From: Gemmatimonadota bacterium
GTDB lineage: Bacteria > Latescibacterota > UBA2968 > UBA8231
Length of the DNA stretch: 64,000 bases
NCBI GenBank assembly: GCA_038153405.1
Contig: JAYOYH010000020.1
Coordinates: 15,469-79,468 of the forward strand
Direction of reading: 5' to 3'
Positions 29,099-38,798 of the stretch are shown here, piece by piece. A program made the position numbers and the translations under genes. The notes below the pieces were generated by a model. The model made no database searches and was not told the origin of the DNA. It was given only the letters and a program-made list of their open reading frames with translations. Position 1 is the first letter of the stretch. Every line of letters starts with the position of its first letter.

Positions 29099-30112
29099 TT
29101 ATGAAATGGTGTGGAGTTGAATAAGCTCTTGTTCGTCGATTCGTTCTAAAGCGTACAGGTAGCGTTGACGCCCCGGACTGCCCACCGGCAAGACTGCGGC
29201 AACATCCAGTGCCGTACGGTCGGCCAGCAGCGCTGCAAGCATTTCTCTACCCTCTACTTCGACTAGGGCCACTCCACCAAATGGCAATATCCGTGCCAGT
29301 TCCGCCAGCACGTGCTCTTCGCTCCCCCTGGCACAGGTGACCATAATGTGCGAGCATTCCTCCTCTAGTATCGGCAGATCGGAGCCATTCCAACAAAACC
29401 AATGCCCCTCAGCAGTGCGAGCAGGTCTCCAGACAGATCCCACGCCAGCATATACAGCAACGCCAAAGGAACGCGTCAATTCGGCCACTTCGCCGCCGTC
29501 CTTGCGCAGCCAAAGAACGCGGTCACCAGACTCGAGGCCGACCATTCTCCCCAAACAATACCCGATGGCGCGATGGCTCCCCCCCTCGGCCGACCGCAGG
29601 CGCAGACCCAAGACAGCACTGCGCCCGCGCACCTGAATCTGCAGCAACAGCCCCTTTTCCGAAGCCCCCGCGCGCAGAGAACAGTCCCGTACGAGGGCCT
29701 TTTGCACAGCGTGAACCACCTGAGCAGGACCAAAGCGGTGGTTTCCCTGAACCGTAGCCTGGACGTGAAAAGCGTCGGCAACTACACCGCGATCACAGGC
29801 TTGCGCCAAGCGCTGGGCCGCGCCCATTTCGACCTTGGCAACGTGGGCGACTATGCGCTCCAAGCCAGGGGTCCCAACCGTTATACCGCGCATATCGGCC
29901 AGCACGGCGTAGACGGCGTGCAGCGAGCGCAATTCGAGCAGGCGCAGGGGGCTGCGCTCGTACTTAAAAAATACCCGCGTGTGCACGCGGCCATTTTCAA
30001 GGCGCTCGATTTGCACGCCCGTCAGTATTTCATGCATCTCGTCGATGGCCACTTCTACATAGCCCGTGGGCACCGCAGCCCAGAAGTGAAATACCTTATT
30101 TTCTCCAGACAT
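29099..30112 (-). CDS. THUMP-domain protein with a degenerate methyltransferase-like C-terminus
   Basis: VPTGYVEVAIDEM, LLELRS THUMP-like N-terminus; no clear SAM motif I. Confidence 0.55.
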   Translation of the reverse strand: MSGENKVFHFWAAVPTGYVEVAIDEMHEILTGVQIERLENGRVHTRVFFKYERSPLRLLELRSLHAVYAVLADMRGITVGTPGLERIVAHVAKVEMGAAQRLAQACDRGVVADAFHVQATVQGNHRFGPAQVVHAVQKALVRDCSLRAGASEKGLLLQIQVRGRSAVLGLRLRSAEGGSHRAIGYCLGRMVGLESGDRVLWLRKDGGEVAELTRSFGVAVYAGVGSVWRPARTAEGHWFCWNGSDLPILEEECSHIMVTCARGSEEHVLAELARILPFGGVALVEVEGREMLAALLADRTALDVAAVLPVGSPGRQRYLYALERIDEQELIQLHTIS

Positions 30113-31386
30113 TAAACCGGGACCTGCATAGGATTGAGGTGGGCGACTCCAGCGCGCCGCGTATTCAAGCAATAGGCAAATCCGTCAGCCACATCGGCCA
30201 TGCTCAGCTGGCGCAGCAATTGGACGTAGTCAAAGGGTTGGCCCCCCAGCTGCCGAGCAGCGCTCATCATTTCGACACAGCCATCCGCACTTTCGAAGCT
30301 GCGCACGACCTGGCCATACACCTTCCGCCGAGCCCGCGTGAAATCTTCGCCCCACTCATCGCTGCGCCAATCGGCCGAAAGGGCTCGGTACACCGCCTCG
30401 ACAAAGGAATCGGGACAGTGCGTTTCGGCCGCAATCATGCAGAAACCATAGGCCTGTTCCAAATGCACCTCGGCGCTAAACGAATCGCCTAGCACCAGTC
30501 CGCTTTCGTAGAGGCGGGCAAAGGCATCGCTAGCCGGCCCCATCGCCATATCGAGAGCTATTTCTAGGGCCAATTCGCGGCCAATAGTGCGCGGTGGGCA
30601 TCTCGGCCCCCCGTCGGGAAACGCCATAAACACCTGCGGATAGCGCACGGCAGCCGGGGTGCTTACAGCCGGTAGCGCCCCATCTGGGGGCTCGGCGCGT
30701 GGGCTGGACCGGCGAGTGCCTGCTCTAAGCTCTTTGCCATGGCGACGCAGCGCCTCTTCAAAGACAACGACCACGCGATGGGGATCGACGTTTCCCGAGA
30801 CAAAGAGCGAGGTGTTTTCGGGTCTGTAATAAGCGGCGTGCCAGCGCTGTAGCAGATCGGCATCTAAGCCGCTGAGCAGCGCCTCGTCACCAGCAATCTC
30901 CCGCACTATCGCCTGCTCTCCATAAGCGCTGTACAAACAGGAGTGATAGCCCACCCAATCGGGATCGTCCTGGTAGAGTTTTATTTCACTGGCAACGATA
31001 TCGCGCTCGCGCGCAATGGCCTCCCCATCCCAATACCCTGCAAAAACGAGTTCGCAGAGCATATCGATATGCTCTTCCCAATGGCTGCTACAGCTCACGG
31101 TGTAGTCCGTGCTTGCCAGTCCAGTGCTGGCATTGACATCGCCGCCCAGAGCGGCAAAGCGGTCGGACATATCGCCGTAGGCCTTTTCAAATAGGCGATG
31201 TTCTATGAAGTGGGCGATACCCATCGCATCGACGCCGTCAAGGCGATGTAACCCTCCCAAACCCACCCGCAGTTGGACGACGATCTGACGCGCATGCCCT
31301 TTGGGAATGATCCACACCTCAGCGCCCTGTGCACAGCGCCCTGCATAAAATTCTTCATCGATTTCGTGGCACGCGCTGCGCCTCAT
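30112..31386 (-). CDS. M16 family zinc peptidase, catalytic subunit (YmfH-like)
   Basis: GIAHFIEH (HxxEH), NAST, ERDIVASEIKLYQDDP. Confidence 0.88.
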   Translation of the reverse strand: MRRSACHEIDEEFYAGRCAQGAEVWIIPKGHARQIVVQLRVGLGGLHRLDGVDAMGIAHFIEHRLFEKAYGDMSDRFAALGGDVNASTGLASTDYTVSCSSHWEEHIDMLCELVFAGYWDGEAIARERDIVASEIKLYQDDPDWVGYHSCLYSAYGEQAIVREIAGDEALLSGLDADLLQRWHAAYYRPENTSLFVSGNVDPHRVVVVFEEALRRHGKELRAGTRRSSPRAEPPDGALPAVSTPAAVRYPQVFMAFPDGGPRCPPRTIGRELALEIALDMAMGPASDAFARLYESGLVLGDSFSAEVHLEQAYGFCMIAAETHCPDSFVEAVYRALSADWRSDEWGEDFTRARRKVYGQVVRSFESADGCVEMMSAARQLGGQPFDYVQLLRQLSMADVADGFAYCLNTRRAGVAHLNPMQVPV

Positions 31387-32696
31387 GTGCTATTTTTCCC
31401 CACCGCGGAACGATCGTGCAGTAAATAAGCCAAGGAAAAGACCACCTGGCGGGCGGCAATGGCCATATCCCGAACGGATAGAGCACCGACGAGGCGCAGC
31501 AGCTCTTCGCCGCCCATTCGCATTCCAGCAAAATGGCCGCGCAGATTCATGCGGATCAGGGCATCGCGATCCTCGCAGAGGGCGGCGATGCGGTGCTGTA
31601 AGAGAGCCCGTCCCTGCTCAAATCCGCTCTCCTCAATCGACTCATTGGCCACGTCCTCTAGTGCGCGGTCGATTTCCTCTACGACGCGACTATAGTCCTG
31701 GCGGTCAATGCCGGCCAGGACGTAGGCCCGACCGGCAAACGCATCAATCTGGGAGTCGATATAATAGCAGAGACCGCGCTCTTCACGCAGTCGACGAAAG
31801 AGCAGCGATTGGGCTTCGCCCCCCCAAATCGTGTTGAAGAGCAGCAGGCGCGCGTAGTCCGCTGCGCTGTCGGGGAGGGCTACGCCATAGCCGCAGACGA
31901 GCCGACTTTGATTGACTTCGCCGCATTCAAAAACGCAGCGGGCGGCAGGCGCCTCCACCGGGCTGACGGAACCAACGACGGGGTTGGGCCGGGCTTGCCG
32001 CCACGTTTGCACCCGCTCAGCGATTGTTGAAATCTGTGCGGGATGGATCCAACCGCTCGCGTAAAAATGGATTTCGCCGTTGCGCATGAGTTCCGTTTGA
32101 AAATCCCACAGATCCGGGGGGTCTACGGCGGCCACATCCTCTACCTGCGCCGGCAGTCCGGCAAAGCAGTCACCGTCCATTTCCCGCGCACAGCGCCACT
32201 GGGCATAAGCCATTTTATCGTTGTAAAGCGAATGAATGTGCGCCGTCAGTGCGCGCTTTTCCTGCTCCAAATAGGAGGCTTTATAGCCGTCGCCTTCACG
32301 TAGCGGATCCATCGCGATCTGGTGCACCATATCCAGAGCGCGCAGCAACAACTCCTCGCGCTCGCCCGCTGCTACAAAACGCGGGTCGAGTAACTCTAGG
32401 GCAACGTGTAGAAACTGGCGGTCGGCCATGGAGCCGATATCGACGGTATAATAGGCCCCATAGAGATTGTCCGCGGCACGGTTCAGGCTCTGCATATCGG
32501 GCAGCAGGCGCGTACCGCGTTCGCACAGTCTTCCAACCAGCGCGAGGTGCGCATTGTCCGGACGTCGTAGGGGATGGCTAATTACGAAATCAAACCGCAG
32601 CGTTTTGTAATTGGGCGTGCGCTGCCAGTGCAGGTATAGACCCCGCCCCAAATACAGATCGACATAGCGTGCAAAGCGTTCGTTGCCCTGTGGCAT
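31383..32696 (-). CDS. M16 family peptidase-like inactive subunit (YmfF-like)
   Basis: YKT, NLYGA, SLLFRRLREERGLCY; no HxxEH. Confidence 0.85.
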   Translation of the reverse strand: MPQGNERFARYVDLYLGRGLYLHWQRTPNYKTLRFDFVISHPLRRPDNAHLALVGRLCERGTRLLPDMQSLNRAADNLYGAYYTVDIGSMADRQFLHVALELLDPRFVAAGEREELLLRALDMVHQIAMDPLREGDGYKASYLEQEKRALTAHIHSLYNDKMAYAQWRCAREMDGDCFAGLPAQVEDVAAVDPPDLWDFQTELMRNGEIHFYASGWIHPAQISTIAERVQTWRQARPNPVVGSVSPVEAPAARCVFECGEVNQSRLVCGYGVALPDSAADYARLLLFNTIWGGEAQSLLFRRLREERGLCYYIDSQIDAFAGRAYVLAGIDRQDYSRVVEEIDRALEDVANESIEESGFEQGRALLQHRIAALCEDRDALIRMNLRGHFAGMRMGGEELLRLVGALSVRDMAIAARQVVFSLAYLLHDRSAVGKNST

Positions 32697-32738
32697 AGTT
32701 CCCGGTTTTGCTTGCGAAAACCACCGGGGAACGCCGCA

Positions 32739-33887
32739 TTAAAACTCCTTGCCGAACTGTCCCAGTGGATAAAAAGATACGTGATCAAAATGGTGAAATC
32801 CGGGATGGAGCGCAAAGGTATGGCCCAAACTGACGAGAAAGCGATCGCGCACCAGCGTTTCGAGCACCGCATCGAGAAAGGTCGGCGAAAAGCGAGCCGA
32901 TTTTCCGATGTGGGGCGAAATACTCTGGCGGCGATGAAGTTCGTCCCATCCAAAATAACGCCCCATCTCCGGCTGCATATTCTCGTCGAAGAATAGATAG
33001 AGCACGCCCACCTGATTGGGCGATAAATGGCGCACTAAATCGTCCTGCAAGACCCCGATACCACCAAAGCGCCGACTGGCCCTTTCGTAGTCTTTTAGGC
33101 CGACATACTGGCTGCGTTCCTGCTGAAACTGCGCCGGTTCGACAAAGGCCGGCCGGATCTCCGTATACCCCTCGACAAAAGCTTCAACGCTGCGATCGCG
33201 CGTCTCCCCGGTGTAGACGAAAGCAATTTCGGGAATAGCGCCCTCCACTTTGTTCGGGCGAACGTAGAATTTGAAATTCTCGTAGCGGCCCACCTCTTGG
33301 TGAATATGGCGCAGAAGCACTTCAATCGAATCGCGGTGGGCGCTGTGGAAACGCCCATCTTCGCGCATAAACTGCACGATGCTCTGATAGACAACGCATT
33401 GTCCCAACTCGAGCTGGCTCTGATCGATGGATAGAAACGAACAGGGAGGCCCACCAAAGACCTCATGGTACGCACTGCGCACTTGCGCTCGCTCCTTTTC
33501 GCGCAGCACGGCTTTGGGAAAGCGCACCAACAACCGTTCGACCTTGCCCGAACTAAGCTCCAACTCTCCGGCGGCCTTGCACAGCTCAAACGCAGAGTGC
33601 AGCTGTTCGCGCTGCTTGCCCTCGCGCAGGGAGAGCCGCCCCACCTCCAAGCGGGTGGCCAATCCGATGCCCTGAATATCGGTTTGCATGCGCGCCTTCC
33701 CACCGTGGCTGCCCAGCAGCCAGGTCGACTGCGCGTGCTTGCTCGCCAACTCATCGAAATCGTTGCGGATTTTCCGGGTAAAGCGAAAGTGCGCACTCGG
33801 CTCGTAGTACACAGTAATATCAAAGACTTTCGGCATAGATATAATCTGCCCACTCAGGTGGCGTATCGTATGGCTTATGGCGGTCAT
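32739..33887 (-). CDS. Hypothetical protein (382 aa)
   Basis: Long ORF with AGGAAG RBS, 12 bp after the ABC gene; family not recognised. Confidence 0.7.
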   Translation of the reverse strand: MTAISHTIRHLSGQIISMPKVFDITVYYEPSAHFRFTRKIRNDFDELASKHAQSTWLLGSHGGKARMQTDIQGIGLATRLEVGRLSLREGKQREQLHSAFELCKAAGELELSSGKVERLLVRFPKAVLREKERAQVRSAYHEVFGGPPCSFLSIDQSQLELGQCVVYQSIVQFMREDGRFHSAHRDSIEVLLRHIHQEVGRYENFKFYVRPNKVEGAIPEIAFVYTGETRDRSVEAFVEGYTEIRPAFVEPAQFQQERSQYVGLKDYERASRRFGGIGVLQDDLVRHLSPNQVGVLYLFFDENMQPEMGRYFGWDELHRRQSISPHIGKSARFSPTFLDAVLETLVRDRFLVSLGHTFALHPGFHHFDHVSFYPLGQFGKEF

Positions 33888-33899
33888 ATACGACTTCCT

Positions 33900-35687
33900 T
33901 TAAGCAACTTCTGCTAGTTGGCGAATGCGCTCATCGCGCTGGCGATTGCGCTCTTTGGCCCACTCTGGATCGTAGAGTTCGCGATACAACCCATCGGCTT
34001 CAATAAGTTCTTCGTGGCGTCCGATTTGTTCGACGTGTCCCTCCTTTAGGACGACGATCTTATCGGCATTGCGCACCGTGGATAGGCGATGGGCTATGAT
34101 GAAGGTGGTTCGGTCCTTCATCAGGTGATTGAGGGCCTCTTGCACCTTGGTTTCCGACACGGTATCAAGGGCAGAGGTCGCTTCGTCGAGGATGAGTATG
34201 CGGGGGTTGCGGATGAGCGCACGGGCGATGGCAATGCGCTGGCGCTGTCCCCCGGAAAGGCGGGTGCCGTTGGACCCGAGCAGCGAGCGATAGCCGTCGG
34301 GCAACGAGCAAATAAATTCGTGGGCGTTGGCCTGGCGAGCCGCCGACTCGATCTCGTCCATGGTCGCATCGGGCTTGCCATAGCGAATATTGTCCAGGAT
34401 CGTTCCGCGAAAGAGATGCGTTTCCTGTAGCACCATGCTCATCTGTTCGCGCAGTGCTAAGAGGGCGTATTCCTGTATATCGCGTCCATCAATGCGAATA
34501 GTGCCCGAATCCCGATCGTAAAAGCGCGCGATGAGGTTGGCAATGGTCGTCTTGCCAGACCCGCTAGGACCGACAAAGGCCACAACCTCTCCCGGACGCG
34601 CGATGAAGCTGACCCCCGACAGCACGCTGTCACCGCGGTCGTAGGCGAAGGAGACCTGATCGAACTCGATCTCGCCGCGCAGGTCTTCGCGCAGCCCATC
34701 GGGGTCGTCCTCGACTTCAGGTGCCGTATCAAGTACTTCAAAAACGCGGCGAATACCCACTTTCGCTGGCAAAATCTGCTGCACGACCCCGATGAGCTCT
34801 GAAACCGGCGCATAGAGCATGGCCACATAGCTCATCAACAAGATGTATTCGTCGAGGCGCAACTCCTGTCCGAGGACGGCCGTTCCGCACACCAGCATGA
34901 CGAGCACCTCGCCGACATAGCTAATATTGCCGGTGACCTGTCCCCAAATACTGGCCAAATTACCCGAGTAGAGATCGATGTCGTAATTCTCGCGCATCTG
35001 GCCAATGAGCGAACGGCTCTCGCGGCGCTCCCCCGAGTGCGACTTGACCATCTTTATGGCCCCAACCACTTCGCTGACCTTGCCATAGATCTGCGACATC
35101 TTCTCCGTCGACTTCCAGGCATAGTGGGAAATGCGGGCGCGGAAAAAGAAATAGCCGAGAAAGTGGAAGGGCAATACGACGAGGGCTACGGTTGCCACCA
35201 GGGGGCTCGTATAGAACAGCACGCCAATGAGGAAAATTGCTTTTACGGAAGAGATAACCGTATTGATGACCGTGCCCGTAACCAATGAGGTTACCGAATG
35301 GACGTCGTTCATCATGCGAGAAATAATTTCACCGGAGCTACGCGATTCGTAAAAACCCAGCGAAAGGCGCTGCAAATGGTCGTACATGCGGCGGCGCAGA
35401 TCAAAAACAAGACGTCCGCCGAGTATGCGCATTTGGTATGAATAGGCGAAGGAAATGATGCTGGTGGTCACGCGCAGGGCGACCAGCATGATAACGCATT
35501 CGAGAAAGAGCGCTCGGTCGCCCTCGGGCAACGCCAGACCGACCAGTTTAGATCCCCAAATGGGTGGCAATAGCCCCAACCCGGTCAACACCAAAAGCGT
35601 TATTAGGGAGAGAACTAACTTGGCCCTATAAGGTTGTATTATCTCGTATACTCTAAGCCACAGATTGCGCTTCATTCGCTGCCACAT
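33900..35687 (-). CDS. ABC exporter, fused permease/ATPase (MsbA/MdlB-like)
   Basis: TM domain, GPSGSGKT, LSGGQRQR, ILDEATSALD, IAHRLST. Confidence 0.95.
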   Translation of the reverse strand: MWQRMKRNLWLRVYEIIQPYRAKLVLSLITLLVLTGLGLLPPIWGSKLVGLALPEGDRALFLECVIMLVALRVTTSIISFAYSYQMRILGGRLVFDLRRRMYDHLQRLSLGFYESRSSGEIISRMMNDVHSVTSLVTGTVINTVISSVKAIFLIGVLFYTSPLVATVALVVLPFHFLGYFFFRARISHYAWKSTEKMSQIYGKVSEVVGAIKMVKSHSGERRESRSLIGQMRENYDIDLYSGNLASIWGQVTGNISYVGEVLVMLVCGTAVLGQELRLDEYILLMSYVAMLYAPVSELIGVVQQILPAKVGIRRVFEVLDTAPEVEDDPDGLREDLRGEIEFDQVSFAYDRGDSVLSGVSFIARPGEVVAFVGPSGSGKTTIANLIARFYDRDSGTIRIDGRDIQEYALLALREQMSMVLQETHLFRGTILDNIRYGKPDATMDEIESAARQANAHEFICSLPDGYRSLLGSNGTRLSGGQRQRIAIARALIRNPRILILDEATSALDTVSETKVQEALNHLMKDRTTFIIAHRLSTVRNADKIVVLKEGHVEQIGRHEELIEADGLYRELYDPEWAKERNRQRDERIRQLAEVA

Positions 35688-35692
35688 GAAGT

Positions 35693-35994
35693 TTGTAAGT
35701 CTCTGTGCAACTCAAACTTAGCTAGGTATCATCCATCCGATGTAGACCTTCTCCATCAGGTGGAAGTCAGCTACGCGAGTACGCGACCGGAGCCATACAA
35801 ACCGGTTATTAGTGATGTCAGGGTGGAAATGCAGAAAGGTTGGAGCTGATGTTCTCCCGAAGAACGGTGCGTTCTTCTGCCGCAAAGCGGTTAAATTGTT
35901 GGGAGGTTAAGTACGCGTAGGAAGGTTCCCTATCCAATCAAAAGGGGGAGTTCAATCTATCAAGGGGTAACCGTTTGAGAAATGTACAGACAAG
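35693..35994. ncRNA. Candidate structured ncRNA, possibly 6S-like
   Basis: Many nested complementary helices across the intergenic region (see findings). Confidence 0.45.
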
Positions 35995-36086
35995 CACCCA
36001 AAACGGCAAGCGGAAAGTCGGACTTTATTGGCCCATACGCGGAAGTCGCCTATCTTATTCACCCATTTAATCAATGGGAGTTCGCC

Positions 36087-36848
36087 TTGAGTCAACTAGC
36101 AGGGGTGCGAATCGTACTGGTCGAACCCGCCTCTTCGGGCAATATCGGTTCGGTTGCACGGGTCATGAAGAATACGGGAATCGGCCAGCTCACCTTGGTC
36201 AATCCCCGCTTCGATTGGGATGTAGACGAAACGCGTGCGCTGGCCCACGGCGCAGGTGAAATCCTCGACGGCGCGGTGCGGGCGGACGATCTACAAAGCG
36301 CGGTAGCCGACTGTCATCTCGTCGTTGGCACGACGCATCGCGATGGACGACAACGCGATGCCATTCATCCCCCCGAACGCATCGTCGAAAAGATCGCCCC
36401 CCAACTGCCCAACGGCACGGTCGCTATTGTTTTTGGCCGCGAGAAAGACGGTCTGTGGCAGGAAGAATTGCGCCTCTGCCGGTATTTGGTGCGCTTTCCC
36501 TCTGCCGTTTCCCATCCCTCTTACAACCTTTCGCACGCCGTGCTGCTCTTCGCCTATGCCCTTTTCTGCTCTACGCAAACGGCGCCAAATCCCCCTTCTC
36601 CGTCGCCTGCAGTGCCCCACGCCGAGCGAGAACGGTTATTCGACACCTTGGAAAAAGCCTTGCAGAGCATAGGTTTTGTGCACTATAACCGAGATCCGCA
36701 GCATTTTATGGACGCAGTGCGGCGCTTTTTCAACAAGATTGACCTCGGCGAGCGCGACGTCCGCGTCGTACTAAAGATCTGCCAGCAGATACAGCGCTTT
36801 AGTCGGCGGCAGCGCTCTGTTCGGGAAGATCGATCAGCCAACGGGTAA
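36087..36848 (+). CDS. trmJ: tRNA (cytidine/uridine-2'-O)-methyltransferase (SPOUT)
   Basis: IVLVEP...GNIGSVARVMKN, VFGREKDGL, SYNLSHAV; TTG start after GGGAG. Confidence 0.88.
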   Translation: MSQLAGVRIVLVEPASSGNIGSVARVMKNTGIGQLTLVNPRFDWDVDETRALAHGAGEILDGAVRADDLQSAVADCHLVVGTTHRDGRQRDAIHPPERIVEKIAPQLPNGTVAIVFGREKDGLWQEELRLCRYLVRFPSAVSHPSYNLSHAVLLFAYALFCSTQTAPNPPSPSPAVPHAERERLFDTLEKALQSIGFVHYNRDPQHFMDAVRRFFNKIDLGERDVRVVLKICQQIQRFSRRQRSVREDRSANG

Positions 36849-37785
36849 ACCACTGCAACGCATCGCGCTGCATATCCCAGCTGAAATTGTGTCCGATCCC
36901 GGCAAACTCGCGTAAGACCACGCGCTCGCCCTGCGCCCCGTAGAGCGGTAGCGCCACCTCGAAGAGCTTGCGCGTAGCCGCTAGCGGTATGTAGGTATCG
37001 TCTTCTCCGACGATGAGCATAAGCGGGCGGGGGGCCACGTGCGCCACCGCCCGCTTGGCATCGACGTCTTCGAGCCCGGGATAGGCCATAAAAAACGCGT
37101 GGCGCACGGCTTGTCCTTGTGCGCCTTTGCGCACCATTTCCTGGCGTGCAGGCAGCCCCCTAAAGATCCACTGCCAGGCATCGCTGGCAAAGATCTCATC
37201 CCAGACCAAATGGCCGGCCACGGAGACGACGACGTCGACGCGCTCGTCGATGGCAGCCAACCACAGCGCCTCTACCCCCCCCATCGAAAGACCGAGCATG
37301 CCGAGGCGCTCAGCATCGGCTTCTGGTCTGGACTCGGCATAGTCGATGGCGCGCATTAAATCGTAAAGTGACTCGCCCCACACCGCGACCAACCCCTTTT
37401 GCTCTAAGGCTTCGGCAAAGTTGCCTTCCCGCTGGCCGTGGTAAGGTCGATCAATGCTAATGGTGAAAAAACCCCGGTCGGCCCATTCCCGCAATATGCC
37501 GATGCGGTTTAGCAGGTCCTCTTTGACGTTTGGACTACCCGGCATGCACAGGAGCACCGGTAGGGGTTGGGCGTAGGCGAGTTCAGAGAAGGCCATCAGG
37601 GCGGGAATGCGTTCGCCGTAGCGCCCCTGAAAAGTGACCTTTTCAAAAACGATATCGCGCTCTTTCCAGACTTGTTGGGTCAGTGGATCAAGCGAGTTGC
37701 GAAAGTGCGGCACGGCAAATACTGCGCGCAGATCGCCCGGAGAAGGAGACGGCGGTGAAGCAGGTTGAGAGCAGCCATACCACAA
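36799..37785 (-). CDS. Alpha/beta hydrolase (dienelactone hydrolase/esterase-like), probable lipoprotein
   Basis: GLSMGG nucleophile elbow, GEDD, GIGH; in-frame upstream codons give IRAILLLIGLWYGC, so the true start may be a little upstream. Confidence 0.82.
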   Translation of the reverse strand: MWYGCSQPASPPSPSPGDLRAVFAVPHFRNSLDPLTQQVWKERDIVFEKVTFQGRYGERIPALMAFSELAYAQPLPVLLCMPGSPNVKEDLLNRIGILREWADRGFFTISIDRPYHGQREGNFAEALEQKGLVAVWGESLYDLMRAIDYAESRPEADAERLGMLGLSMGGVEALWLAAIDERVDVVVSVAGHLVWDEIFASDAWQWIFRGLPARQEMVRKGAQGQAVRHAFFMAYPGLEDVDAKRAVAHVAPRPLMLIVGEDDTYIPLAATRKLFEVALPLYGAQGERVVLREFAGIGHNFSWDMQRDALQWFTRWLIDLPEQSAAAD

Positions 37786-37814
37786 GCCGATAAGGAGCAG
37801 GATGGCGCGGATGA

Positions 37815-38798
<984 letters not shown>

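Noticed and set aside
30112..32696. YmfF/YmfH-like pair plus epmA as one EF-P modification system
   Set aside because: About 13 kb apart, different modification chemistries, no efp or ymfI nearby
35718..35888. 56-codon minus-strand TTG ORF as a RiPP precursor for the ABC/M16 genes
   Set aside because: No RBS, leader or core features, and no modifying enzymes; RNA structure explains the region better
35693..35994. Known riboswitch, tmRNA, RNase P RNA or group II intron
   Set aside because: Only fragments match (ATAGGGAA, GCAAAGC, GAGCC); the full conserved motif sets are absent
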